This document shows positions 1 through 9,322 of a stretch of 64,000 bases of DNA, one piece after another (position 1 is the stretch's first letter; each line of letters starts with the position of its first letter). Origin of the DNA: Pseudomonadota bacterium (GTDB lineage: Bacteria; Desulfobacterota; Desulfobacteria; Desulfobacterales; JBDRRP01); NCBI GenBank assembly GCA_043825735.1, contig JBDRRP010000040.1, positions 1 to 64,000 of the forward strand. Direction: 5' to 3'. The notes below the pieces were generated by a model. The model saw only the letters and a program-made list of their open reading frames with translations, was not told where the DNA came from and searched no databases. A program made the translations under genes and the position numbers.

Positions 1-245
1 GGGTTTGACGGCGCAGCGTGCTTTTGATGCCGGAATGAATCGTGTCCGGCGTTTTCCAAGCACAGCGCCCGGTTTTTCGATACCGATAGCGATCCCGATT
101 TCGAGGTCACAGCCCAAACGGATAAGTTAGCGCATATGGGGGTAAACCCCGCCCGCAATCCTCAGATGACCGCCAACGCCTCAACCAAAGACGCTGAAGT
201 ATTTGCCAGAATACGTTCCGTTTCATCGCCAAAGTCCTATCGGTA

Positions 246-2231
246 TCATCCATTCTCTGCGGTCTTGGCGTCTTTGCGAGAGTCATTTCTTATGTTTTCG
301 TGCAGCCTGGATAGGACATCGGGAAACGGCACCTGCGCTGCCGCCCCAAACAGCGGGTGGGATGTCAGTTTTTCCTTGGAGAGTTTCGGCGAGCTGACCC
401 CGCACAGAAACCGGGCGGCGGCCTGTGGGTGTGCGAGGGGTTGCGGGTGCGCGCGTCGCAACGCGATGACCTGCCGGAAAAGGTCTTCTTCCGGCACCGG
501 ATGCGATCGTGGCGGTATTGTCACCGGCCGGTTTCCGCCGGTGCACCAGGCGCAGTGACCACAGGCATTTTTTCTTTTTTCGCCGAAATGCTCACACAGG
601 GTCATCCAGTGGCATCCGTCGCCGCCGGCCAGCGCCAGCACCTGATGCAGCCGGGCGATCTCACGGCGTTCGCGCGCCAACGATTTCTCATAAAGTGACG
701 CTGCCAGCGCGTGAAGATTCTCGCAGGGCATGACACGGCGATAGCGATTTCGCACGCCCTGAACCTTGACCTCGAGCATCTGCTGTTCATCCAGGTAGTC
801 CAGAGCCCGCACGATGCGCTCGCGGGGGCATTTGATAATCAGCGCAGCGGCATCCACATCCAGTGAAAACCATGTCCTGGCCTTGACCGCTTGGTTGAAC
901 ATCTGTGACAGAAACCGGCGGCGGTCTTCGTCGAAATGAGCCAGGATTTCCTGTGAGGGCACACGCTCCTTGAACTGGTAGGTGGCGTAAAAAGGGGTGC
1001 CCCCGACGAGGTAACCTTCCAGTTCCAAATAGGTCAAAAGCGTTCGCACGACCAGTATCCGGATATCGACTGTCGCTGAAAGCTCGTAATAGCTCACATC
1101 AAAGGCTTCCTCCTCACTGAACACGGCCGTGACCAGTTCTGATACGGCCTCCGGGGTGGGGGTGTCGCCATAGGCGAAATTTTCCAGGGCGTTGAGATCG
1201 TCCGGGCAGACCAGCATCTCGCACACTGACGGCAGCCCGTCCCGGCCGGCGCGACCGATTTCCTGAGAGTAGTTCTCGAGACTCTTTGGCAGGTTGTAGT
1301 GGAAAATCGAGCGGATATCAGGCTTGTCGACGCCCATGCCAAAGGCGATGGTGGCCACGACGATTCCGGTTTTGGAAGCAAGAAACCAGTCCTGCACGGC
1401 GCTGCGGTCGTCGTCTTTCATTCCGGCGTGATAGGCCCTGGCCGGAAAGCCGGCATCGACCAGGCGACGGGCCACCTGTTCCGCGGTGCGCTGCAAGGTG
1501 ACATAGACGATAGCGGCGCCGGCACCGCGGGCGCGCAGCCGTTCGATGAGTTGCCGGTCCCGGTCCTTAGCGGTCACAGGTGTCGTTCGCAGCGTCAGAT
1601 TGGGGCGGTAAAACCCGGTACAGGTGCTGCACGCGGGCGAAATGTCAAATGCCGCCTGCATGTCTTTGAGGACTTTCGGCGTGGCGGTGGCTGTCAGCGC
1701 AAGGATGCGCTCGGCCTTGCAGCGCCGGCCGAATTCGGCGAGCTTCAGGTAGTCGGGGCGAAAGTTGTGGCCCCACTCGGAGATGCAGTGGGCCTCATCG
1801 ATGGCAAACAGCGACACCCGGCTCTGCAGGATCGCTTCGGTGAACCGTTCATTGCCGAAGCGTTCCGGGGCCACGTAGAGCAGTCGCAGCGACCGGTTGC
1901 GAAGGCCGTCCATCACCTCGCGATATTCATCCAATGAAAGAGTGCCATCCAATCGTCTGGCCGGGATACCGCGCAGCTTCAGGGCATCGATCTGATCCTT
2001 CATCAGGGCGATGAGCGGAGAGACCACCAGGGTCACCCCGTCCAGCAGCAGCGCCGGCAGCTGGTAGCAAAGGGACTTGCCCCCGCCCGTCGGAAATACA
2101 GCCGCTGCCGAACGTCCGGCAAGGAGGTTTTCGATGACCTCCCGCTGGCCGGGAAGAAACGCATCGAACCCGAAATGTTGTTTCAAGACGGCAACCACAT
2201 CCGTTGAAAGCGGTGACCGCTTCATGGTCAT
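246..2231 (-). CDS. recQ: RecQ-family ATP-dependent DNA helicase
   Basis: FPTGGGKSLCYQLP, DEAHCISEWGHNFRPDY, ATIAFGMGVDKPD and QEIGRAGRDG motifs, plus RQC Zn ligands (C...CGHCAWC). Start placed at ATG 2231, which overlaps the upstream stop (ATGA); 2225 is an alternative. Confidence 0.95.
   Translation of the reverse strand: MTMKRSPLSTDVVAVLKQHFGFDAFLPGQREVIENLLAGRSAAAVFPTGGGKSLCYQLPALLLDGVTLVVSPLIALMKDQIDALKLRGIPARRLDGTLSLDEYREVMDGLRNRSLRLLYVAPERFGNERFTEAILQSRVSLFAIDEAHCISEWGHNFRPDYLKLAEFGRRCKAERILALTATATPKVLKDMQAAFDISPACSTCTGFYRPNLTLRTTPVTAKDRDRQLIERLRARGAGAAIVYVTLQRTAEQVARRLVDAGFPARAYHAGMKDDDRSAVQDWFLASKTGIVVATIAFGMGVDKPDIRSIFHYNLPKSLENYSQEIGRAGRDGLPSVCEMLVCPDDLNALENFAYGDTPTPEAVSELVTAVFSEEEAFDVSYYELSATVDIRILVVRTLLTYLELEGYLVGGTPFYATYQFKERVPSQEILAHFDEDRRRFLSQMFNQAVKARTWFSLDVDAAALIIKCPRERIVRALDYLDEQQMLEVKVQGVRNRYRRVMPCENLHALAASLYEKSLARERREIARLHQVLALAGGDGCHWMTLCEHFGEKRKNACGHCAWCTGGNRPVTIPPRSHPVPEEDLFRQVIALRRAHPQPLAHPQAAARFLCGVSSPKLSKEKLTSHPLFGAAAQVPFPDVLSRLHENIRNDSRKDAKTAENG
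255..300. repeat. CTTTGCG-type interspersed repeat arm inside the recQ 3' end
   Basis: tctgcggtcttggcgtctttgcgagagtcatttcttatgttttcg is nearly identical to 42077-42121 and related to 30097-30177. Confidence 0.8.
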
Positions 2232-2638
2232 TTTGTCACCAGCGATTTTTTCACCCAGATATGGGGCCACTGTTTAAGGTCGCTCACCAAACCCTTTCGG
2301 ATCGGGTTGCTGGCAACGAAGAGGCAGATATCCTTCAACATGGCGTCATCTCTGATGGGCAGGTAAAGGACCCTGCTCCATATGCTCTCGTAATTGCCGC
2401 TGTCACAGTCCGCCAAGCCGGTGGCGACCTTGAAATCCTGCATAAGCTTACCGATACTCGATCCGCCCTGCGGAGCGGCGACGATGTGGAGATGATCGGG
2501 CATGAGACAGTAGGCGTATAGCGTCATCCGGTGCTCGCGTACAAACCGGCGGATCGCATCAATAATGGCCTTGGTCACCGTTTCCTTTCTCAGAACGGGC
2601 GGTTTCACCTCGGAAATGAACCGCATTGAATAAATCAT
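2228..2638 (-). CDS. REP-associated tyrosine transposase (RAYT/Y1 HUH)-like protein with Phe at the catalytic Tyr position
   Basis: HUH motif YAYCLMPDHLH, then FK, W...IR, NPIRKGLV and W-P tail. The canonical YIxxNP reads FVASNP. Confidence 0.8.
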   Translation of the reverse strand: MIYSMRFISEVKPPVLRKETVTKAIIDAIRRFVREHRMTLYAYCLMPDHLHIVAAPQGGSSIGKLMQDFKVATGLADCDSGNYESIWSRVLYLPIRDDAMLKDICLFVASNPIRKGLVSDLKQWPHIWVKKSLVTK

Positions 2639-2768
2639 TGCGATGCCGTTACCTTATCGCATCCATACCCGTTATAGTAAATGTCATAATAACAACCGCG
2701 CTAACCTGGATTCGTCGATGGACCGCAGGATCGCGGTGCAGGGCGCCGTTGCTGCGAGCTCATGATTT

Positions 2769-3467
2769 CTAACTGGCGATCTGTATTGGAGAGAGCCCCA
2801 GTTCGCGGCGTTTGGCTTCCATAATCAGTTGGAACAGGTCCGTTTTGATCTGTCTGGGGATGACTTTGTTGGGGACGTACCTGAAGCGGTATCGGCCTTC
2901 GGTGGTCGAAATCAGAGCCATTGCGGCCTCTTCTTTTCTCAAGTCACCGCAGACGGCGTTGAACAGGACCCCGCCGTCGAAATAGAACCGCCCTCTTTGG
3001 CCGTCCGGGCGCTCGATGTCGAAAAGGCAGGTTTTTTGCTCCATGGCGATCATTTGAAGAAAGCCCGTGACGGAAATACCATACAACGATCCCCGGGGAA
3101 TGTCGCGCTCCAGCACTTGCATAATGACACCGGCGAGGACATCGACATCCACGGGTTTTGGGAAAAAGCTGACGGAGTCGTCGGAAACACGCTCACGCGC
3201 CTTCTCAGGATTGTGGGATGACATTACCAGGCAGGGAACCACCGGATGGTGCTCACCCATATAGGCCAAAAGCTTTAATCCGTCGATATTGGGCATTTGA
3301 ATATCGGTCACCAGCAGCGACACCGGTTTTTTTCCCATAATGCCGATCGCTTCCTGACCGTCGAGTGCGAAAAGGACCTCGAAACGGTCCTTGTACTTTT
3401 TAAATTTGGTTTTCAAAACCCGCGATAGTATTCTGTCGTCTTCGGCGATCAATACGGTATGCTTCAT
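2769..3467 (-). CDS. Response regulator (REC + DUF4388-like domain)
   Basis: REC motifs LIAEDD, TDIQMP, FPKP; C-terminal GSLYGISVTGFLQMIAMEQKTC...GRFYFDGGVLFNA. Confidence 0.85.
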   Translation of the reverse strand: MKHTVLIAEDDRILSRVLKTKFKKYKDRFEVLFALDGQEAIGIMGKKPVSLLVTDIQMPNIDGLKLLAYMGEHHPVVPCLVMSSHNPEKARERVSDDSVSFFPKPVDVDVLAGVIMQVLERDIPRGSLYGISVTGFLQMIAMEQKTCLFDIERPDGQRGRFYFDGGVLFNAVCGDLRKEEAAMALISTTEGRYRFRYVPNKVIPRQIKTDLFQLIMEAKRRELGLSPIQIAS

Positions 3468-3624
3468 ATATCTCTCCAGTGAATGTGCGGTACTGATGTT
3501 TCGGCGTGGTTGTCATTTCCAGCGCACTTGAAGCCCTGGGCCGTGTCTGCCGACCGGCGGTGGCGGTTTCCGGCGCGTATAGCCGCATGTGAAAGGCCGC
3601 AAGCAGGGCATTACGATGGCCTGT

Positions 3625-3640
3625 AGCAGTTATCGTGCCA
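3625..3640 (-). promoter_or_regulatory. Putative sigma-54 (-24/-12) promoter for the response regulator
   Basis: Minus strand TGGCACGATAACTGCT = GG-N10-GC, about 160 bp upstream of the start at 3467. Confidence 0.6.
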
Positions 3641-4209
3641 CCGAACCGGTATTCAGCGAGATGATTTCAGGCAAGCCTTTCAATCGGGAGACGGGGTGGC
3701 TGAAAAATCAGGCGAAGCGAGTCCATACCCAACCGAGCAACAGTCACTGCGGTTCTAAAAAGTTTTGAACTCTATTTAATGGAGTCTATGGCTGATATTC
3801 GAATTCCATTGTAATTAGTTAGTTAGAGCCATCGATGGCGGATTTCATCATGCTTTGATGCATATCGAGCCGCCGACTATCAAAATTTGTTGATTTTTGA
3901 CAGCTGCGCGAATAGCTGAAACCGAACTTCTGAGCGAATCGATGCCAGGGAGTGGGAAGGCGGTAAATCTTTTTGTTCTGTCCTATTTAAGGAAATAACA
4001 ATGAAAACCGTCAGTCCCAGGAGGCTCATTCCCAATTCGGATATAATTTAGCTGGAGTCCATCCTTAAATACACCGCCCCTTGCGGGAGGGGCTTTGGGC
4101 GGGGGCGGGAGACAGGGCGAACCTCCTCGAACGTGGGGCTGCGGAAAGCGTTCCCGTACCGTTTCGGGGGAATGCGCGGATGCAGTGTTGCGGGGGGGTG
4201 CAATGAGAC

Positions 4210-5007
4210 TCAGCGATGCGCGTCAGCGATCATTTGCTGCAGCGCCGCGGTCTGCGTAAATGGAAAACGCCTGTTTTTCAGCAGGACGTCATCGGAATAC
4301 CGGACCAATACATCGTAGTCCCGCAAATAGGCCAATAATTGCGCCAGGTCATATTGTCCCTCGAAGAGTTCCTTGTTGCTGTATTCGGTGTATAGAAAGC
4401 GCGTATTGGCCAGCGTTGCACCGCCGCCGCGGAAAACATCGATTTCAGCGCCTTGAACGTCCATCCAGATAAAGTCGATATGCCCTACGCCATGCCGGCT
4501 GCACCACGAATCGATGGTTGATGTCTCAACGGTGATACGCTCGCCAAAGGTAACCCATGGGTGAATTCTGAGATGATCCTTGGGGGGGCGGATCGAGCCT
4601 GAGTAGTCCCAGCCCTCGGGAAGCGCGGGTGTGGTCGCTTCGTCATTTTGGCCGCTGCTTTGGTAAAACGTTGTCTCGCCGTTCTTGTCGCTGAGCGCGA
4701 TCTCGAAAAGCGTTACATTCGGCCGCTGCCCCACATTTTGTTTGAACCGCGTGATTGCCCGGGGATCAGGCTCAAAGCAATAAATTGTCGGGTTTTCAAA
4801 AACGTCGAGAAACCACCCCGTATGGGTGCCGTCATTGCAGCCAATTTCAAGAATGGTCGGATTCGGCTTGCCGACGCATTCCTTGACGATATCTTTGGTG
4901 ATCACCTTTTTTGCCACCGGGGGCAGCCCCGGTGAAGTCCCAAAAAGAGACTTGGATATTTTTTTCAAGGATGGGAAGCGTTCAAGCACGCGTTGTAAGG
5001 GCTGCAT
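4210..5007 (-). CDS. FkbM-family SAM-dependent methyltransferase
   Basis: ILEIGCNDG, CFEPDP, IDFIWMDVQGAE motifs. Confidence 0.9.
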   Translation of the reverse strand: MQPLQRVLERFPSLKKISKSLFGTSPGLPPVAKKVITKDIVKECVGKPNPTILEIGCNDGTHTGWFLDVFENPTIYCFEPDPRAITRFKQNVGQRPNVTLFEIALSDKNGETTFYQSSGQNDEATTPALPEGWDYSGSIRPPKDHLRIHPWVTFGERITVETSTIDSWCSRHGVGHIDFIWMDVQGAEIDVFRGGGATLANTRFLYTEYSNKELFEGQYDLAQLLAYLRDYDVLVRYSDDVLLKNRRFPFTQTAALQQMIADAHR

Positions 5008-5287
5008 TCGTTACCTCCGAAGATGGGAAAAAAATCGCTGGACCCTGCAGTGTGTCACCGTGGCCCGAAGTTGGCAAGTTTTCATAAAAGATGGGCAATT
5101 GCAATATGAATGGGGGGCGCGGTTGAGGGGACGCATTCGTGTTGATGTCGTGAGCGGTCCCAGGCGCCGTCAAGGGAAACCGTCTGCATGCCGCCCAAGG
5201 GTCACCCCGTGATCTTCACGATTGGTCTGGCGGCGGGGTCTTTTCTCATTGAAAGACAACAGAGCGCCCCTGTGAACCGCGAATCCA

Positions 5288-6550
5288 TCAGGGTGAATTC
5301 ATTTCCTTGTCGATGAGACAGGTCTGGTATGGCGTTGCGGCGTCCGGACGCCAGCGGTACAGTTTGAAAGCGATATCCTCGCTGTTGACCGCGATGGTCA
5401 GGTAATTGTATTCCATCCGGCGGCTTTCCCCATGCCAATACAGCTCCCCCTGGCAGTACGGATCGCTCGGGTCGCAGGGATTTACGCGATAGACCTGATC
5501 CGCCCCGCCGCCGCCGAGGACCAGATATCGGATGGTGTCCTTGAAATACATTTCAGTGCTGTGCACATGGCCCGAAAAGACGGTGATGTCCAACGGTCGG
5601 CTCGGGTCCGTGGCAAAGGGGATCAGGTAAGGATGCGGGTTGTGTTCACTGAGAAGATGACCGTGCCCTGCGCCGCAGAACGGCGGTTTGTGCAGTGAGA
5701 TGAAGACGTGCTCGATATGCTTGTCCTGCGCCGCGCGAAGCCAACGCCGCAGTTCGGCCATCTGCGCAACAAAGCCAGGGTTTGAGCTCGGGCTCCAATC
5801 GTCCTTGGGCGGGTAGGCCCCGGTATCCAGGAAGATGAAACGGCTGCCGCTGTAATCGAAAGAATAGATATGCCGGCTGGTCGAGACATCGAGTTCGGTA
5901 AGATACGGCACGGTGGTGAGCAGGCCCCGCATGTCGGGGTCCAGCCACGTTTCATGGTTGCCGACGGCGGGGAAAAACCGGCCGCGGAGCCCTGCGGGGG
6001 CGCCTTCGGGCAACCGGTCGAGCAGGCGGTCCTTGAAATCGCGCCAATAGATGCTGGCCTCCGGGTCGGTGCCGTAATAGCCATTGTAGGCAATATCACC
6101 GGTATGCAGAACAAACCCTTCGATGCCGGAGGCACGGACGGTCTTGACGACCGACGCATAGACCCACGACTGGCCGGCAGAAATCAACGTTTCGGTCGGA
6201 TTTTGCGACGTGTCCGTGACCCGCTCGGGCCAACCGGCATTGTTGAAAGTGGTGTCTTTGTATTTGGCGCCGGTCTTTGGAATTCTCAAGCCGGTGAGCC
6301 GGCCTTCGCCGTCAAAGCGCAATTGGCAGTCGTTGATACTGCTGTCGTAATTGGCGCGGATATACTGGTCTATTGGGCCGCCCGCACCCTGCTGATCCCT
6401 GGTGAAGGCCATGTTGCCAGGAAGACGGCTGTCGCCGAAGACAACGAATGAGAAATTCCCCGCGAATGCGGGGATAACCGGCAGGGCGCTCAGCAGTACC
6501 AGTGCAGAAAGTGCAATGGAGAAAGTCAAAGATTTCCTGTTGAGTTTCAT
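5288..6550 (-). CDS. Secreted calcineurin-like metallophosphoesterase
   Basis: N-terminal signal peptide; FGDSR, HTGDIAY, VGNHE, LHKP and SGHVH metal-binding motifs. Confidence 0.85.
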   Translation of the reverse strand: MKLNRKSLTFSIALSALVLLSALPVIPAFAGNFSFVVFGDSRLPGNMAFTRDQQGAGGPIDQYIRANYDSSINDCQLRFDGEGRLTGLRIPKTGAKYKDTTFNNAGWPERVTDTSQNPTETLISAGQSWVYASVVKTVRASGIEGFVLHTGDIAYNGYYGTDPEASIYWRDFKDRLLDRLPEGAPAGLRGRFFPAVGNHETWLDPDMRGLLTTVPYLTELDVSTSRHIYSFDYSGSRFIFLDTGAYPPKDDWSPSSNPGFVAQMAELRRWLRAAQDKHIEHVFISLHKPPFCGAGHGHLLSEHNPHPYLIPFATDPSRPLDITVFSGHVHSTEMYFKDTIRYLVLGGGGADQVYRVNPCDPSDPYCQGELYWHGESRRMEYNYLTIAVNSEDIAFKLYRWRPDAATPYQTCLIDKEMNSP

Positions 6551-6680
6551 ATTTATAGAAATCCTTTCATTATGACTTCCGCTTTAAGGCGTCGCGCAAT
6601 TTTTCGCGCAGCGGTGAAAACTGCAGGCTCCGGCGGTTCGGTTTCTTAGGGGCAAGTGCCCGCGGTGACTATCGACAGGT

Positions 6681-7136
6681 TCATTTCTGGTCCACCGCCA
6701 CCTTGACAACGACCTTGTGGATTGCCCCCGATGAGATCAGGGGCATGTGTGCATCATCAGGGAAAAAGATCGCGAAAAGGCCGCTGCTGACTGGCAGGAA
6801 GGCATCCGGCGCATCCGCGAAAAAATGAATGTCAGCGGCTGCGTCATATTCGTCGGTTGGCTTTTTGCACCACGATTTCGGTTTCCATCCCATTTCATCG
6901 GTCCCGGACAGGACCAGTTGGATATCGATATATTTTTCGTGCGTCTCGAGCAGCGCGTCTCCTTTTTTGCGACCCGAATCCTTTGCAACCATCGCATAAA
7001 CGCGGTCACCGTCGATCTTATAGGTGCCTACCGGCAGCTCGGCCAGGTCCGGGCGCTGGAGAAAACCGATTGCCTCCGGAAACCCCTTGCCAAGGATCAA
7101 ATAGCATTTCGCATTGTCGAGCACATCCAGAATCAT
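6681..7136 (-). CDS. YhcH/YjgK/YiaL (DUF386) family protein
   Basis: ETHEKYIDIQLVLSG and FAIFFPDDAHMP...KVVVKV motifs. Confidence 0.9.
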   Translation of the reverse strand: MILDVLDNAKCYLILGKGFPEAIGFLQRPDLAELPVGTYKIDGDRVYAMVAKDSGRKKGDALLETHEKYIDIQLVLSGTDEMGWKPKSWCKKPTDEYDAAADIHFFADAPDAFLPVSSGLFAIFFPDDAHMPLISSGAIHKVVVKVAVDQK

Positions 7137-7209
7137 GTCTATCCCTTTATGAAACGCAATTGTTGCGGATTGTTCGTGTCCATTCAGGTCAAGGATTCAG
7201 CTTGAAATT

Positions 7210-7551
7210 TTATTTTACTGTCTTGGCATACGACGCTCGGTCCATATCACAGATTTCGACAGTGAGTGTAATCGAAGACAAATCGATCAGAGTCAATTCC
7301 GCCAGAATGCAATTTGACAGGTTGGCTCGCAGCGCGTCGCTTCGCCCGGACAGTATTTTGGCTGTAACATGAATGAAATCCATCACCCGCTCGCCGGTCG
7401 TGTGGTTTTCGTACGAAACCGATCTTGTCTTGATGTCATCAGATACAAAGAGTCCTGATTTCAAGGCGCCTCGATAGACAGCCGTCAATAATTCTGAAGG
7501 AGAGACTTTCGCTTCCAGTTCTTTCGAATATTCGACAATACAATGCGGCAT
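7210..7551 (-). CDS. 5-carboxymethyl-2-hydroxymuconate isomerase (tautomerase superfamily)
   Basis: Catalytic Pro1 start MPHCIVEYS; DIKTR, FIHV...ILSGRS. Confidence 0.85.
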   Translation of the reverse strand: MPHCIVEYSKELEAKVSPSELLTAVYRGALKSGLFVSDDIKTRSVSYENHTTGERVMDFIHVTAKILSGRSDALRANLSNCILAELTLIDLSSITLTVEICDMDRASYAKTVK

Positions 7552-7568
7552 AATAATATCCTTTCAGC

Positions 7569-7817
7569 TTCATCCGGATTATCGGGTTTGTAATTGCCGA
7601 TTGAGACATCGCCGCAGGAAGATATGATCAAGACCAGCAGCATCAGGAATAAATACGACTCGCGTATGTACCTCTTTAGTCTCATCGGTAAATTCTTGTA
7701 AGCTACGGGATAGGGGGACATCCATGAATAAATACCTGAATAGCATTACCTGTATCAGGAGCGTTGGGTAAAAGCTCAAATCTACAGTTAGCTATTTATT
7801 CATGGATGTCCCGCTTT
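7569..7817. repeat. 249-bp direct repeat, copy 1 (includes a truncated 5' end of the NTF2-like lipoprotein gene and a 20-bp perfect inverted repeat)
   Basis: Matches 12359-12607 with about 9 mismatches by manual count. IR arms are 7715-7734 and 7793-7812. Confidence 0.95.
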
Positions 7818-7820
7818 ACT

Positions 7821-7855
7821 CGGCTTTTTGGGTCCGGTGAATTTTCAGGTTGGCG
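7821..7855 (-). mobile_element. Truncated attC (R''/L'' half) of the TA cassette
   Basis: Directly after the toxin stop: CGCCAAC-CTGAA-AATTCACC-GGACCCAAAAAGCCG. R'' is the exact complement of the GTTGGCG at the cassette start. Confidence 0.75.
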
Positions 7856-8146
7856 TTAAAATGATGGTCCTTTTGGGAGCTGTGCGCCATGCCACACCGC
7901 AACAATCCAAACGACATCGTCTTTGATTTTATAAAAAAACCGGTAAGGCGATATGATCACTTCTCGGTAGGGTAGTTCTGGAAAATCTGGTATAATTCTT
8001 CCTGATTCAGGAAAGTCTTCAAGCCTTCTTAGGATTTTTTCAGCCCGCGTACGAAAATCAATAGCCGCTGAAGGTTTGTCCTTTCGAATGTATGATAGCG
8101 CGGTAAGAAATTGAGTTTTGGCAGAAGGTGTAAATTTGACCTTCAC
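7856..8146 (-). CDS. RelE/ParE-family type II toxin
   Basis: MKVKFTPSA...LEDFPESGR...YREVIISPYRFFY...IVAVWHGAQ; overlaps the antitoxin stop by 4 bp. Confidence 0.9.
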   Translation of the reverse strand: MKVKFTPSAKTQFLTALSYIRKDKPSAAIDFRTRAEKILRRLEDFPESGRIIPDFPELPYREVIISPYRFFYKIKDDVVWIVAVWHGAQLPKGPSF

Positions 8147-8424
8147 GAAGGCATCCTGGCCAAAATGTCGTCGGCTTCAGCAAGAACTGTATCCAGATCA
8201 TACCCGTGGCCCGTTTCGATTTCCCTATCTCCCTTAGCCAAGAGGCGCAACAGTTCCTTCTCGTGTTCAGATTTCTCATAGGCATCAACACCGATTATTA
8301 CCGCTGTTGCCCGACCTCTTTGCGTGATTATCAAAGGCTCTTTGCTGTTCCGCAATTGTTTCAGTAGCTTTGCAGCATCTTGCCTTAAATCGCTCACGGG
8401 AATGATATTTGATAGCTTGCCCAT
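8143..8424 (-). CDS. Phd/YefM-family antitoxin
   Basis: IIPVSDLRQDAAKLLKQL...EPLIITQRGRATAVI; GGAGG RBS upstream. Confidence 0.9.
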   Translation of the reverse strand: MGKLSNIIPVSDLRQDAAKLLKQLRNSKEPLIITQRGRATAVIIGVDAYEKSEHEKELLRLLAKGDREIETGHGYDLDTVLAEADDILARMPS

Positions 8425-8510
8425 ATTGTACCTCCTCTGGTACGTATGGATGTATCACCAACAATCCCATGAAACAAGTTTTTTATAAATTTGACGACTC
8501 GATATGGATA

Positions 8511-8568
8511 CGCCAACGCGGAACTGTGCCGCCCGGCTTTTTGGGTCGGCACCAGTGTGAGATTGTGT
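8511..8568 (-). mobile_element. Integron attC site (58 bp, R'' degenerate)
   Basis: Minus strand ACACAAT-CTCAC-ACTGGTGC-CGACCC-AAAAAGCC-GGGCG-GCACAGT-TCCGC-GTTGGCG: R''/L''/L'/R' spacing with two unpaired bases, as in short classical attC sites. Confidence 0.8.
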
Positions 8569-9014
8569 GCCGGGTACGGCATGGTTGCTGAATGGTGATG
8601 GTAGGCATCGTGACACAAGTGCTTACCAAAGTCCAGGTCCACCCAAACGGAGGGGGGGAGCGCAGCGAACGGCAACGATAGCCAAAGGCAAGGTTGCGCC
8701 GGCAATGGACGGCTGAAGGAGGCCGGAGGCAAAAGCGCGGATTATGGCGCCTGCCCCGGACTCGATCCGGGGTACAGGTATGCCCCGCACCGAGAGGTGG
8801 AGGGCAGGCAGATTCGAGGCGGGGTGGCGGCGGGACGAGTCCGCAACACAGGATGAATTCCGCTATTCGTCGATGCCTCGCTCCGTATATCTGACGATCG
8901 TTCGCGGAAAGCAGCCGGTGTTCACTCCGGGAGGCCCCGTACGTCTCGACACGCAGGTCCGGGCAACCTACCGGATCGGGGGGAATCCATTTTGAAAAAG
9001 ACGCCGATCGGACA

Positions 9015-9043
9015 TTGACACTTTCAGATCCGGGAACTATCGT
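9015..9043 (+). promoter_or_regulatory. Putative sigma-70 promoter
   Basis: TTGACA-N17-TATCGT upstream of the ORF at 9323. Confidence 0.4.
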
Positions 9044-9322
9044 TCGTCATTAATTCAGCGCTAAAATCGTTCCCATTTCTGATCGGAACGCGGCGACCAT
9101 TCATCGACCTGCTGTGCGCCTTACCGACACTGATTTCCTGAACTTAGTCGCGTCCTACTGAAGAACCCGGCAGGGAACACATTGGTACCATCACCATAAC
9201 GGGATGCCGGCCCAGCCGTCACCCGGCGCCTTACTCGACCATTCCCGCTGCCGGAGATCGCTTCAATCCGCGCTGTATCGACCACCTAAAACGATATCCG
9301 GTCTTACCGGAGAGGAGGAATC

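Noticed and set aside
6681..7551. yhcH-like and isomerase genes as integron cassettes
   Set aside because: Size and orientation fit, but no RYYYAAC follows the stops and no attC was found.
8640..8750. Possible additional long attC upstream of the TA cassette
   Set aside because: I could not pair L''/L' boxes or find matching R boxes.
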